From positions 1 to 64,000 of IMG/VR virus record IMGVR_UViG_3300035665_000004: a stretch of 64,000 nucleotides of DNA, one strand, 5' to 3'. The notes beneath the pieces were generated by a model. That model did no database searches. It saw nothing but the letters and a program-made list of their open reading frames with translations, and was not told the DNA's origin. Every line of letters begins with the position of its first letter. Position 1 is the first letter of the stretch. The position numbers were made by a program, and so were the translations under genes. This DNA is from a virus. This document shows positions 8,708-16,718 of the stretch, in pieces.

Positions 8708-8899
8708 ATGAATAAAAAATTTAATTTTGATAACAAGCAAGAATGGTTAGATGCGGTGAAAGATCTGGGTTTAAAAATATATTACTGGGGAAATAACAGC
8801 ATGGAAGTGTATGACGAAAATGATAGAGTAGCGGGTAGCTGGGTTGCTGAGTTTGATTGCAACAATGGTACTAGACCTTATGGTTGGTTGAGAAGTTAA
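8708..8899 (+). CDS. hypothetical protein
   Basis: ORF track, start moved to ATG. Confidence 0.7.
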   Translation: MNKKFNFDNKQEWLDAVKDLGLKIYYWGNNSMEVYDENDRVAGSWVAEFDCNNGTRPYGWLRS

Positions 8900-8933
8900 A
8901 AAGCCCAATCAAACTTATTCTGGAGATAGAAAA

Positions 8934-9149
8934 ATGCAAGTAACTAAAAATACCACTTACCACATTAAATTTTGCGTTGTTAGTTTTGAAGGAACCGAAG
9001 GTGGGATGTGTGTCGATCATTTTGGTGATGAAGTAGATACAATAGCAGAAGCTTTGGATTTGTTAGAAACTGCCAACGCTAAAGATTCCAGTGCTGATTG
9101 GAGAATCTGTTTAAATGTAGATAAAAAAATATCAAAAATATCGGGTTAA
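8934..9149 (+). CDS. hypothetical protein
   Basis: GGAG RBS. Confidence 0.75.
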   Translation: MQVTKNTTYHIKFCVVSFEGTEGGMCVDHFGDEVDTIAEALDLLETANAKDSSADWRICLNVDKKISKISG

Positions 9150-9183
9150 GCCCAACATCTTTATTTTTAAAAGAGGAAATTAT

Positions 9184-9498
9184 ATGGATGCTTTAAAAGC
9201 ATTTGATGCAATCAAAAATGAATTTGGTGTACTAATCGCATTGAGTGTTCTCCAAATCCACACTATTAATATGGTAACGAAAGTTAAAAAATCTGACATG
9301 GGTGCTAAATCAAATAGAACTGAAAGAGTTCTAAAGAAAGCAAAAAAATTGCTAAGTGGTATTTCGGATGACGAATACGAATTGGCATTGAAAGTGTGGT
9401 CAGTATTACATGACTGGGATGTGCGTCAAAATTTAAAAGGGCTTGGTGGTTGTGAAACCAAAACATTTTTAGAGTTGATAGTTAGTACCACACCATAG
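9184..9498 (+). CDS. hypothetical protein
   Basis: GAGGA RBS. Confidence 0.75.
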   Translation: MDALKAFDAIKNEFGVLIALSVLQIHTINMVTKVKKSDMGAKSNRTERVLKKAKKLLSGISDDEYELALKVWSVLHDWDVRQNLKGLGGCETKTFLELIVSTTP

Positions 9499-9522
9499 TT
9501 GTACGACAGAGCAGGGGGTGAA

Positions 9523-9711
9523 ATGAAAAATCCAAATAAAAAAATGTTTGAAGTGAAATTTGAAAAATCAAACCATTTTTCAAAAAATGGGGTTGTTGCT
9601 TGTTATGATCACATTCAAGCATACGATGAAAAAGATGCTTTAATCATAGCAGTTTTAAAGCATGGTAACGGTATCACTATCACCCATGTATTAGAAGATG
9701 ATAACGAATAA
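9523..9711 (+). CDS. hypothetical protein
   Basis: GGGGGTG RBS before ATG 9523. Confidence 0.7.
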   Translation: MKNPNKKMFEVKFEKSNHFSKNGVVACYDHIQAYDEKDALIIAVLKHGNGITITHVLEDDNE

Positions 9712-9726
9712 AAGTTGGGTGTTGGA

Positions 9727-9879
9727 ATGAGTGATGATTTCAATGCAGAGGAACTGGACCTATTGTTTATTGCTCTTTGTCACATGCTCGAAACAGGTTA
9801 TCCAGTACAGAGAGCTTCCGAGATTGAAACAGAATACCAAAAAATGTTAGATTTACTGGTAAAAGTATTTGACAAATGA
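9727..9879 (+). CDS. small hypothetical protein (50 aa), paralog of 7480..7623
   Basis: ATG after TTGGA; 3' end overlaps the next -35. Confidence 0.55.
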   Translation: MSDDFNAEELDLLFIALCHMLETGYPVQRASEIETEYQKMLDLLVKVFDK

Positions 9880-9943
9880 CTTTTGATTTGCTATAATAAC
9901 CCATAGTTGAAAAAACCAGTTTAATTTTTTGGAGAATAACAAA

Positions 9944-10186
9944 ATGAATACTTTACACCATAACCACTTTGTTAATTTAGTAAAGGAAGGCAAAGATCTT
10001 AGAACGTTGTTAAAAGAAAGTAAAAAAATTAAAATGGAATCCGATGTAAATTGGTTAATCATTGAGGCAGTTCCCTTTGATGAAGATATGTTGTATTGTT
10101 ATGATGAAGTAACCTTTGAACAATATGTAATCCCATTTAAATACATCAATAAAAACACAACAGAATTTGCTACCATCGGTCAATAA
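9944..10186 (+). CDS. hypothetical protein, paralog of 4460..4693
   Basis: promoter 9869, GGAG RBS. Confidence 0.8.
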   Translation: MNTLHHNHFVNLVKEGKDLRTLLKESKKIKMESDVNWLIIEAVPFDEDMLYCYDEVTFEQYVIPFKYINKNTTEFATIGQ

Positions 10187-10214
10187 AATCACACAATTAA
10201 ACGGAGAAAATAAA

Positions 10215-10361
10215 ATGAATATTACTCAAATGTACGAAAGTTTAATCGCTGGTGAAACCACTTTGGATCAGTTTGAAATCTGGATCTGGGAACGTGAAAA
10301 TATGGCTTCATATTACACGTCTTGTGCTTTACATGAACAAACAAATGAATTGGAAGAATAG
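10215..10361 (+). CDS. small hypothetical protein
   Basis: GGAG RBS. Confidence 0.7.
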   Translation: MNITQMYESLIAGETTLDQFEIWIWERENMASYYTSCALHEQTNELEE

Positions 10362-10418
10362 CTTGATTTTTGTTTTCTGATGTGTTACAATGAATCATAA
10401 TTTAATAGGAGATCCAAA

Positions 10419-10505
10419 ATGAAAAATGTTATTGAGTGGTTACAATTGGTGGTTATTGGTTTAGGTATGGCGGTTGTGTTTGCTGGTTGGTGGTTGGGTT
10501 ATTAA
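10419..10505 (+). CDS. 28-aa single-TM micropeptide
   Basis: first ORF after promoter 10363 with AGGAG RBS; MKNVIEWLQLVVIGLGMAVVFAGWWLGY. Confidence 0.7.
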   Translation: MKNVIEWLQLVVIGLGMAVVFAGWWLGY

Positions 10506-10551
10506 GAAGAAGCCTCCTAGGCAATCAATCTTAATTCTCGGAGAAATAAAA

Positions 10552-10782
10552 ATGAATAACGAAGAACTACAAGCAAAGTTTGATGTGTTTGAAGATGTGG
10601 TTAGAGAACACAGTAAGCGTGAAACGGTCGGTGAAGGTGAAGTTTGTTATCCCTTTCTTGCGGGTTACCTTCCCTCGTTCTACAGTAGTTTGCTCACAGA
10701 CTTAGAACTAACTAATGAACAGATTAAAAAAGTTAATGCCCGAATTGATTACCACATAGATAAATTAGTACAGATAAATTAA
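10552..10782 (+). CDS. hypothetical protein
   Basis: GGAG RBS. Confidence 0.75.
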   Translation: MNNEELQAKFDVFEDVVREHSKRETVGEGEVCYPFLAGYLPSFYSSLLTDLELTNEQIKKVNARIDYHIDKLVQIN

Positions 10783-10864
10783 TTCAATTATTCAAAAAAA
10801 GTTCTTGACATTGTATGGTTGATTAGGTATAATTACCCATACTTAACAAAACGGAGAAGTAAAA

Positions 10865-11044
10865 ATGTTTAAATTAGTAATCACATTAATGTTTCACATT
10901 TCAACACCAGCTACAATCAGCACATTTGAGTACGATTCGTTAACAGACTGCTTGAAACACAGAGAAGAAAAAGTTCAAGTTCTTGATAAAATGAATCAAG
11001 AGTCAATCATCATTGGTTACAGTGCTGTTTGTGGTAAAGCGTAA
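10865..11044 (+). CDS. small hypothetical protein (59 aa), possible signal peptide
   Basis: promoter 10805, GGAG RBS. Confidence 0.7.
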   Translation: MFKLVITLMFHISTPATISTFEYDSLTDCLKHREEKVQVLDKMNQESIIIGYSAVCGKA

Positions 11045-11068
11045 TTTATTGATAAACAGGTGAAGGGA

Positions 11069-11158
11069 ATGGTTGTTAATGAATTAATCGAAAAATTAAA
11101 CCAAACCAAAAATAAAAATTTAGAAGTATTGATGGACCCCTTACAGAATCATAACTAG
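11069..11158 (+). pseudogene. truncated paralog of 15414..15569 (MTVxELIEKL family)
   Basis: MVVNELIEKLNQTKNKNLEV vs MTVNELIEKLNQIENKDLEV; stops at 29 aa inside a 13-bp tandem repeat. Confidence 0.55.
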
Positions 11159-11182
11159 AAATCATAACTAAAAATCATAAGT

Positions 11183-11209
11183 AGGAGCATATTAATATGC
11201 TCCTTTTTT
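11183..11209 (+). terminator. rho-independent terminator (perfect 22-bp palindrome)
   Basis: aggagcatattaatatgctcct followed by a T run. Confidence 0.75.
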
Positions 11210-11231
11210 AACGACTGAGAGATCATTTACT

Positions 11232-11606
11232 ATGTTACAATTATTCAAAACTCTACTTTCAAAACCATTATCTGCAAGTGAATTGCGAGAAAAAGCAGAA
11301 AAGGTAAAATCTAAAAATATGGTGATTGGTGCTAAAAAATTAATTGATTCAATTGATAACACCCTGATTGAAAGATCTGAACAAGGTGTTAAATCTGGAA
11401 TCATTTCAGTTTATTCGTCGTTTAGTGGTTACATATTACAAGAAGGAAAATTGTGCACCCTAACGTATGTGGCGGCCGATGCTGACATTCTCAAAGTCGT
11501 AACTGCCAAATGTGTCGATGAATATCGTAGTCGGGGTTATGATGTAACCGTTGACCGAGTTGAAAGAGAAGATGGAAAATTTCAAATCATCACTATAGCA
11601 TGGTAA
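11232..11606 (+). CDS. hypothetical protein (LxxxGYxV...IxW family)
   Basis: C-terminal EYRSRGYDVTVDR...IITIAW. Confidence 0.75.
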   Translation: MLQLFKTLLSKPLSASELREKAEKVKSKNMVIGAKKLIDSIDNTLIERSEQGVKSGIISVYSSFSGYILQEGKLCTLTYVAADADILKVVTAKCVDEYRSRGYDVTVDRVEREDGKFQIITIAW

Positions 11607-11619
11607 CGAGGTGATTAAA

Positions 11620-12018
11620 ATGGCGTATCGCTCTACCATTGCCATTGCGGTATACGGAAACAAAGGAAAATTAACCGAGTTAAAATCCTACTATTTGCGT
11701 GAAGTGGAAAAGTTAAATGATCCCGATGTGATCGATGATTTAAATACTATGATTAGTGCAAGCATCAACCATACAGGGAAACCTATTTGGGATGACGAAT
11801 CCGGTGAATTTTTCTTCTACGCCACTAGGGTAATATGGTGGCCGAGGTATCCTACTGTTAGTTTATTTGATGGAATATTTGAGAAATCACAAGAGCTAGG
11901 ATTGTATGCAGAATCGATTCGCATTGGAGATGAATTAAAAGATATTGAGGTACATTATGCTGATGGTGATGCCGAATGTGAGCGTCGTTTAAAAGTGTCT
12001 AGAGCAATTTTATTTTAG
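11620..12018 (+). CDS. hypothetical protein
   Basis: GAGGTG RBS before ATG 11620. Confidence 0.8.
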   Translation: MAYRSTIAIAVYGNKGKLTELKSYYLREVEKLNDPDVIDDLNTMISASINHTGKPIWDDESGEFFFYATRVIWWPRYPTVSLFDGIFEKSQELGLYAESIRIGDELKDIEVHYADGDAECERRLKVSRAILF

Positions 12019-12045
12019 CAGAAGACTTGACATTTAACATCAAGT

Positions 12046-12152
12046 CAATTATAATAGCTCATACTTAATAAATTGGAGATACAGAAAATGAAAAAATTAA
12101 TGGTTGCTTTGGTATTGATGGTAATCACTGGAGTGGTTGAAGCAAAAGGGTC
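12046..12152 (+). repeat. 107-bp identical direct repeat (partner 14062-14168)
   Basis: -10 box, leader, RBS and first ~21 codons identical in both copies. Confidence 0.9.
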
Positions 12153-12351
12153 TGCCGGTGCTGCGGGTCATGGTGGTGGTCATGCAGCATCAATCGTACA
12201 TGTAGTTAGTGCGGGTCATGTAGTTACTTATGGGTCTGCCAATAACCAATCCAATACAAATACCGGTGAATTAAAAGAGATGACAACAATCCAAAAGGTT
12301 CTTACTGGTGGAATTGTACTTTTATTTTTAGGTGCGTTTGTTAATCTTTAG
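12088..12351 (+). CDS. Gly/His/Ala-rich membrane-anchored protein (copy 1 of 3)
   Basis: signal peptide ending VEA-K, GHGGGHA segment, C-terminal TM. Confidence 0.8.
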   Translation: MKKLMVALVLMVITGVVEAKGSAGAAGHGGGHAASIVHVVSAGHVVTYGSANNQSNTNTGELKEMTTIQKVLTGGIVLLFLGAFVNL

Positions 12352-12420
12352 ATCAGTACTTGACATTTAACATTAAAACAGTTATAATAAATCAAACTTA
12401 ATAAATTGGAGATACAGAAA

Positions 12421-12591
12421 ATGATTAGAACTAAAGTGGATAAATCAAAAGCCTGGTTCACAGGTGACAAAGTGTGGTTAGCACAAAATGATACTAAAAC
12501 TAATCAAACCTACTTTGTTAGCAACACTGGTAACGAAATAAAAACAAGTGTACCGTGTAAAAATTATTCACAAAAACCATTTTCTTTTTAA
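12421..12591 (+). CDS. hypothetical early protein
   Basis: promoter 12360; leader acttaataaattggagatacagaaaatga identical to the 12088 and 14104 cassettes. Confidence 0.75.
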   Translation: MIRTKVDKSKAWFTGDKVWLAQNDTKTNQTYFVSNTGNEIKTSVPCKNYSQKPFSF

Positions 12592-12606
12592 ACCTCGGAG
12601 AAAAAA

Positions 12607-12852
12607 ATGAATATGACAGTTGCCGAGTTACTTGAAAAATTATTAGCTAAAAATGTTTTGGTAACTTTTGAAAATGATATAGTAAATTATATTAACAATA
12701 AGTGTATTGTTAATGTCAATGGTAATATTATTAATGGGATTTTTCAATACGAAAATAAATCTATTTTCATTGAATTTGACGACCAGTCAGGTAATCAATA
12801 TTATCCAGGGGAAATTGTTTCGGTTTATTTTTATCGACTAGAAGAATTATAA
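12607..12852 (+). CDS. hypothetical protein
   Basis: GGAG RBS; MTVAELLEKL start. Confidence 0.75.
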   Translation: MNMTVAELLEKLLAKNVLVTFENDIVNYINNKCIVNVNGNIINGIFQYENKSIFIEFDDQSGNQYYPGEIVSVYFYRLEEL

Positions 12853-12930
12853 TTTTCGAGATAAGAAAGTGTTTGGCATTGTATGGTTGATTAGGTATAG
12901 TCCATCACACTATAAACCGGAGAAATGAAA

Positions 12931-13108
12931 ATGACTAATAAAATTAAATTTAAAACTATCATTAAATCTGACCATGACCATGTTTGACACCGAAGTCAAC
13001 AGACACTTAAATGATGTGTGGAAATTACAGGGTAGCGTGGGCGTAGGAATTAACCCTTCTAATCGAAACTATTGCTATTCAATCGATGTTATTAAAGAGG
13101 TGGAGTAA
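12931..13108 (+). pseudogene. frameshifted paralog of 8428..8685
   Basis: IKFKTIIKSD in one frame and MFDTEVNRHLNDVWKLQG in another, switching at gaccatgaccatg. Confidence 0.6.
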
Positions 13109-13113
13109 GCCTA

Positions 13114-13299
13114 ATGGAAAAGGATGATTTAATTGAACGTGCGGCACTAGCATTAGAAAAGGATAAAGTACGTCAATATGGTTGGTCTAAAAAAGAGTTC
13201 GAGATTTGGTGTTACTCTGATAATAGAGGAATAAAATCTTTTGCTGAGTCTAAAAAACAAGCAACAATTGTTTATGATATTATAAATGTGCTTACTTAA
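13114..13299 (+). CDS. hypothetical protein
   Basis: GGAG RBS. Confidence 0.7.
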   Translation: MEKDDLIERAALALEKDKVRQYGWSKKEFEIWCYSDNRGIKSFAESKKQATIVYDIINVLT

Positions 13300-13313
13300 T
13301 AACGGAGAACAAA

Positions 13314-13523
13314 ATGGCTTACACATACGCGGAATTTTGTCAATGGTTGGTATCGGGCGACAGCAACTCGCTAAGACAAGGACTCTACGTCAGTGTTGAT
13401 GTTCGTAGAAATTTCTTACTAAAAGACCAAAATAAAATAATTAGACACGGTGGCGTAATTAGTCCGGAATGGGAAAACATGGGCTCTGATGTTTATTTCG
13501 TAAAATTTGTTGGAAATGAATAA
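13314..13523 (+). CDS. hypothetical protein
   Basis: GGAG RBS. Confidence 0.75.
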   Translation: MAYTYAEFCQWLVSGDSNSLRQGLYVSVDVRRNFLLKDQNKIIRHGGVISPEWENMGSDVYFVKFVGNE

Positions 13524-13606
13524 AAAAGTGCTTGACATTGTCGGAACACTAAGGTATAATGAATCATACTTAATTGAAAAGGCGTTAACGCCAAACGGAG
13601 AGAAAA

Positions 13607-13693
13607 ATGAATAACGAAATCCTAGAACAAGTGTTTGAATCTGTGTTAGCTGGAGCGTTTGTATTTATCGTTGTAACTGTTCTGAGCCTATAG
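13607..13693 (+). CDS. 28-aa single-TM micropeptide, paralog of 8286..8372
   Basis: MNNEILEQVFESVLAGAFVFIVVTVLSL; promoter 13532, GGAG RBS. Confidence 0.75.
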   Translation: MNNEILEQVFESVLAGAFVFIVVTVLSL

Positions 13694-13703
13694 GAGAGAC
13701 CTG

Positions 13704-13850
13704 ATGAAATATCAAGAATTTGTATTTGAAACTGCGTATGATGCATGTGAGTTCGCCACAGAGTGTGGTGATAAATTCGTGAGATATAATGGTACCTCAT
13801 GGAAAACTGAAGACGAAGGCGACTATGGCGTTGTGGTAGAAGGGGAATAA
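13704..13850 (+). CDS. small acidic hypothetical protein (48 aa)
   Basis: AGGAG RBS. Confidence 0.7.
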   Translation: MKYQEFVFETAYDACEFATECGDKFVRYNGTSWKTEDEGDYGVVVEGE

Positions 13851-13851
13851 T

Positions 13852-14046
13852 ATGCAAAGAGATTATTTAATCGATCGTATGAAACGCACGAATGCAAATG
13901 TTTTGAATTGCGTTGCTTGCTTACCGTTTTCTTTGGATTTAGACAAAGACCAACAAAAAATGATTGAAGAAATAGAATACATTTTGCTTCAGGCGTATGA
14001 ACAAATTGATGATAAAATTGCTGAATATGCGTTAAAAAGTGCTTGA
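13852..14046 (+). CDS. hypothetical protein
   Basis: GGGGA RBS. Confidence 0.7.
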   Translation: MQRDYLIDRMKRTNANVLNCVACLPFSLDLDKDQQKMIEEIEYILLQAYEQIDDKIAEYALKSA

Positions 14047-14103
14047 CAATCCATAACAGAACAATTATAATAGCTCATACTTAATAAATTGGAGATACAG
14101 AAA

Positions 14104-14361
14104 ATGAAAAAATTAATGGTTGCTTTGGTATTGATGGTAATCACTGGAGTGGTTGAAGCAAAAGGGTCCACTGCTATTGCTCATGCCGGTATTGCCCATG
14201 CAACAGTTGCAAGTCATATGGTGGTTCATAATGTTAGTGGTCAAACCAATTCAACCACCACTGGTGAAAAATTATCAGATAAAGCTAGTACAACTATTAC
14301 GGTTGCATTAATCTCACTTATTGCTATCGGGATAAGTGCTATGGCTGGGTACAGTGAATAA
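14104..14361 (+). CDS. Gly/His/Ala-rich membrane-anchored protein (copy 2 of 3)
   Basis: signal peptide identical to 12088; HAGIAHA segment; C-terminal TM. Confidence 0.8.
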   Translation: MKKLMVALVLMVITGVVEAKGSTAIAHAGIAHATVASHMVVHNVSGQTNSTTTGEKLSDKASTTITVALISLIAIGISAMAGYSE

Positions 14362-14416
14362 CAAAGTGTTTGACACTCTATAGTACATCAATCATAATAA
14401 CTTCAGAGATAAAAAA

Positions 14417-14599
14417 ATGACTACATCCAAAACGAATGCTGAAAATAACTTGTCTGGTTTACGGGTTTTGATACACGACCGGTGCGAATGCTCTGTGCTA
14501 ACCAAAGAACAAATCGAAGTATCCCCAGGTTACAGTTATTATTGCCCACAATGTGATGAGGATCTATTTGCATTCGAAACTCAAACCGTGATAGTTTAA
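14417..14599 (+). CDS. small zinc-ribbon protein
   Basis: HDRCEC...YYCPQCDEDL. Confidence 0.7.
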   Translation: MTTSKTNAENNLSGLRVLIHDRCECSVLTKEQIEVSPGYSYYCPQCDEDLFAFETQTVIV

Positions 14600-14680
14600 G
14601 CAGAAATAATCGAAAAAACACTTGACAATTACTGTGAGAACAGTTACAATAGCTCATACTTAATAAATTGGAGAAGAAAA

Positions 14681-15091
14681 ATGTCAATTGAACAATCATT
14701 CTTAAGCAAATTCCCTAACGGCTATTTCTCGGTTTACCAAGCAGCGTTAGGTAATAATCATAATTTTGTTCGTTTGGGGTTAATCGGTAAAACTGAATTG
14801 TGCTCTAATAAAATCCGTGAAAACGATCCAATGCACACAGTGTTATCTATCCAACAATACGATGACCAAATTACAGTAAATTTAATCTCTGGGGGTTTAT
14901 CACTTAACCCCGAAAAAGGTTCGTATTATGCTATGAACACAATTAAATTACCATTTAGAAAATTCACAGTTAAAAACGAAAAAGAGTTATTAACCAAAAT
15001 GGACAAATTTTTTGTCAAATTACGTTCGTTTGTTGATGAACACAAAGCAGAAATTTATCGTGTTGAACAGTACCCAGCTGGAATAATTTAA
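14681..15091 (+). CDS. hypothetical early protein
   Basis: promoter 14622, GGAG RBS. Confidence 0.85.
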   Translation: MSIEQSFLSKFPNGYFSVYQAALGNNHNFVRLGLIGKTELCSNKIRENDPMHTVLSIQQYDDQITVNLISGGLSLNPEKGSYYAMNTIKLPFRKFTVKNEKELLTKMDKFFVKLRSFVDEHKAEIYRVEQYPAGII

Positions 15092-15102
15092 GGAGAAAAA
15101 AT

Positions 15103-15342
15103 ATGACCACTGTAGCCCAACTAATCGAATACCTACAAACTCTGCCACAAGACGCAGAAGTTGATGTTCTAAAAGAAGTATCCGCAAATTGGTCAACCTG
15201 GACTGAATTTACTTCACTAGAGATTCCCGATAAATACGGTTGTTCAGATAACCTGGAAGTTTACGATTACCGAGACAACCAGTTTGTAAAAGAAGGTGAC
15301 CCACGGTTCGGAAAAGTGTACGTATCTTTTGGTGAAAAATAA
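15103..15342 (+). CDS. hypothetical protein (MTVxQLIExL family)
   Basis: AGGAG RBS; TVAQLIEYLQTLPQDAEV. Confidence 0.8.
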   Translation: MTTVAQLIEYLQTLPQDAEVDVLKEVSANWSTWTEFTSLEIPDKYGCSDNLEVYDYRDNQFVKEGDPRFGKVYVSFGEK

Positions 15343-15413
15343 ATTTAAAAAACACTTGACATTCTATCAAAAATCAATTACAATAACTCATACTTAATAA
15401 ATCGGAGAAGAAC

Positions 15414-15569
15414 ATGACTGTTAATGAATTAATCGAAAAATTAAACCAAATCGAAAATAAGGATTTAGAAGTGGGCATGGATATTGGGGGTGCTAGTAGA
15501 GATATTGGTGAAATAGTAATGCTTGAATGTTCTGATGGTTCTACCTATGTAGAATTACAAATGGGTTAG
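15414..15569 (+). CDS. small hypothetical protein (51 aa, MTVxELIEKL family)
   Basis: promoter 15356, GGAG RBS. Confidence 0.75.
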   Translation: MTVNELIEKLNQIENKDLEVGMDIGGASRDIGEIVMLECSDGSTYVELQMG

Positions 15570-15601
15570 TTGAAAATTCCAAAAAAGCAGAGATCAATAC
15601 A

Positions 15602-15742
15602 ATGAATGAAGAAACAATTGAAAAATTAAAAGTGTTAGCAGAAAGAAATTCATGGGAAGAGGATTTAACCATGAACCCCAATTTTGAGGTAGGCGAATCT
15701 TTACTAGCACAAGAAATTCTGTTTAACTTAGGGTTCAACTAA
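15602..15742 (+). CDS. small hypothetical protein (46 aa)
   Basis: open frame MNEETIEKLKVLAE... Confidence 0.5.
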   Translation: MNEETIEKLKVLAERNSWEEDLTMNPNFEVGESLLAQEILFNLGFN

Positions 15743-15932
15743 TAATGAATAAAAATAGCAGTAGAATTGTTCACAGAGAATCCAACAAAGCAGATCAAAG
15801 ATTGGGCATTACTTATTATACAGTCTGTGGCAAAACCAACCCCAATGTTTTAAAAGATTCAGACCCAGCTAAAGTCACCTGCAGACATTGTATGGTTGCA
15901 CACACAGAATAACAGAACGGAGAACATACCTA

Positions 15933-16289
15933 ATGACCACTACATTCGACACACTTTCAAAAGAGTTAACCGATCCTTCCAAAGCCGAAGAAGCATTGGT
16001 TGCTATTATCAATCATTGCACAGAACGTAATCTTTCCTTTACACGAATTTTAGAATTGGCAATTGAACGATCAGGGAATAAAGCAATCAAGAGTAACCCC
16101 AATGCCACAAACTTATTTAAGCTCGAAGGTGAACATATTGAAAGTGGCGAACCCTGGCAACCTTATGCTGATAAAATCTATACTACAAAAGAGCTAGCAG
16201 AATATCAAATGCAGCGTGAAATAATTGCCTATACCTACAAAGGTAAATGCGAATACGAATTTAAAATAAAAGAAATAACTATCAAATAA
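15933..16289 (+). CDS. hypothetical protein
   Basis: GGAG RBS before ATG 15933. Confidence 0.75.
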   Translation: MTTTFDTLSKELTDPSKAEEALVAIINHCTERNLSFTRILELAIERSGNKAIKSNPNATNLFKLEGEHIESGEPWQPYADKIYTTKELAEYQMQREIIAYTYKGKCEYEFKIKEITIK

Positions 16290-16364
16290 ACCAAAAATAA
16301 TGCTTGACATCTCTGAACACACTAAGTATAATTAGCCATACTTAATGAAACGGAGATGTCAAAA

Positions 16365-16616
16365 ATGAAAAATGTATTATTGGTTCTGATGTTAATCTTA
16401 GCAAGTATGAATACAGTGTCTGCAAAAGGTGTTGCAGGTCATGGTGTTGCTCATGCTACTGTTGTAGGTCACAGCACTAGTCATGGTAGTCCAACAAATC
16501 ACTTTAGTCATGATAACAAGAAAGGTTTAACCAAGCAAGAAAGTGTTGCGGTGTTTATAACCTTTCTAATCGCCTCAGCATTTGGCATAACTGCCATTCG
16601 TTACTCAGACAAATAA
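16365..16616 (+). CDS. Gly/His/Ala-rich membrane-anchored protein (copy 3 of 3)
   Basis: signal peptide ending VSA-K, GVAGHGVAHA, C-terminal TM. Confidence 0.8.
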   Translation: MKNVLLVLMLILASMNTVSAKGVAGHGVAHATVVGHSTSHGSPTNHFSHDNKKGLTKQESVAVFITFLIASAFGITAIRYSDK

Positions 16617-16631
16617 TCAAAAATAAATCGT

Positions 16632-16716
16632 ATAAAGGTGTTGACATCGACACCTTTATTTGATACAATAGCTCATCAATTTAGAAATCCACTTAATTTA
16701 ATCAAAAGGAAGGTAC
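16632..16716 (+). repeat. 85-bp promoter/leader direct repeat with a hairpin over the -35 (partner 17668-17752)
   Basis: 81/85 identical; 12-bp inverted repeat ataaaggtgttg/c(a/g)acacctttat straddles TTGACA. Confidence 0.9.
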
Positions 16717-16718
16717 TT

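Noticed and set aside
9184-9711. Stop-codon reassignment suggested by in-frame ORFs across TAG at 9496-9498
   Set aside because: The downstream ORF has its own RBS and ATG (9523); long conserved genes read intact in the standard code and end in TAA, TAG and TGA.
13581-13592. ggcgttaacgcc palindrome in a cassette leader as a remnant of the 6082 element
   Set aside because: Only 12 bp; the resemblance to the aaacgc/gcgttt ends is too short to support.
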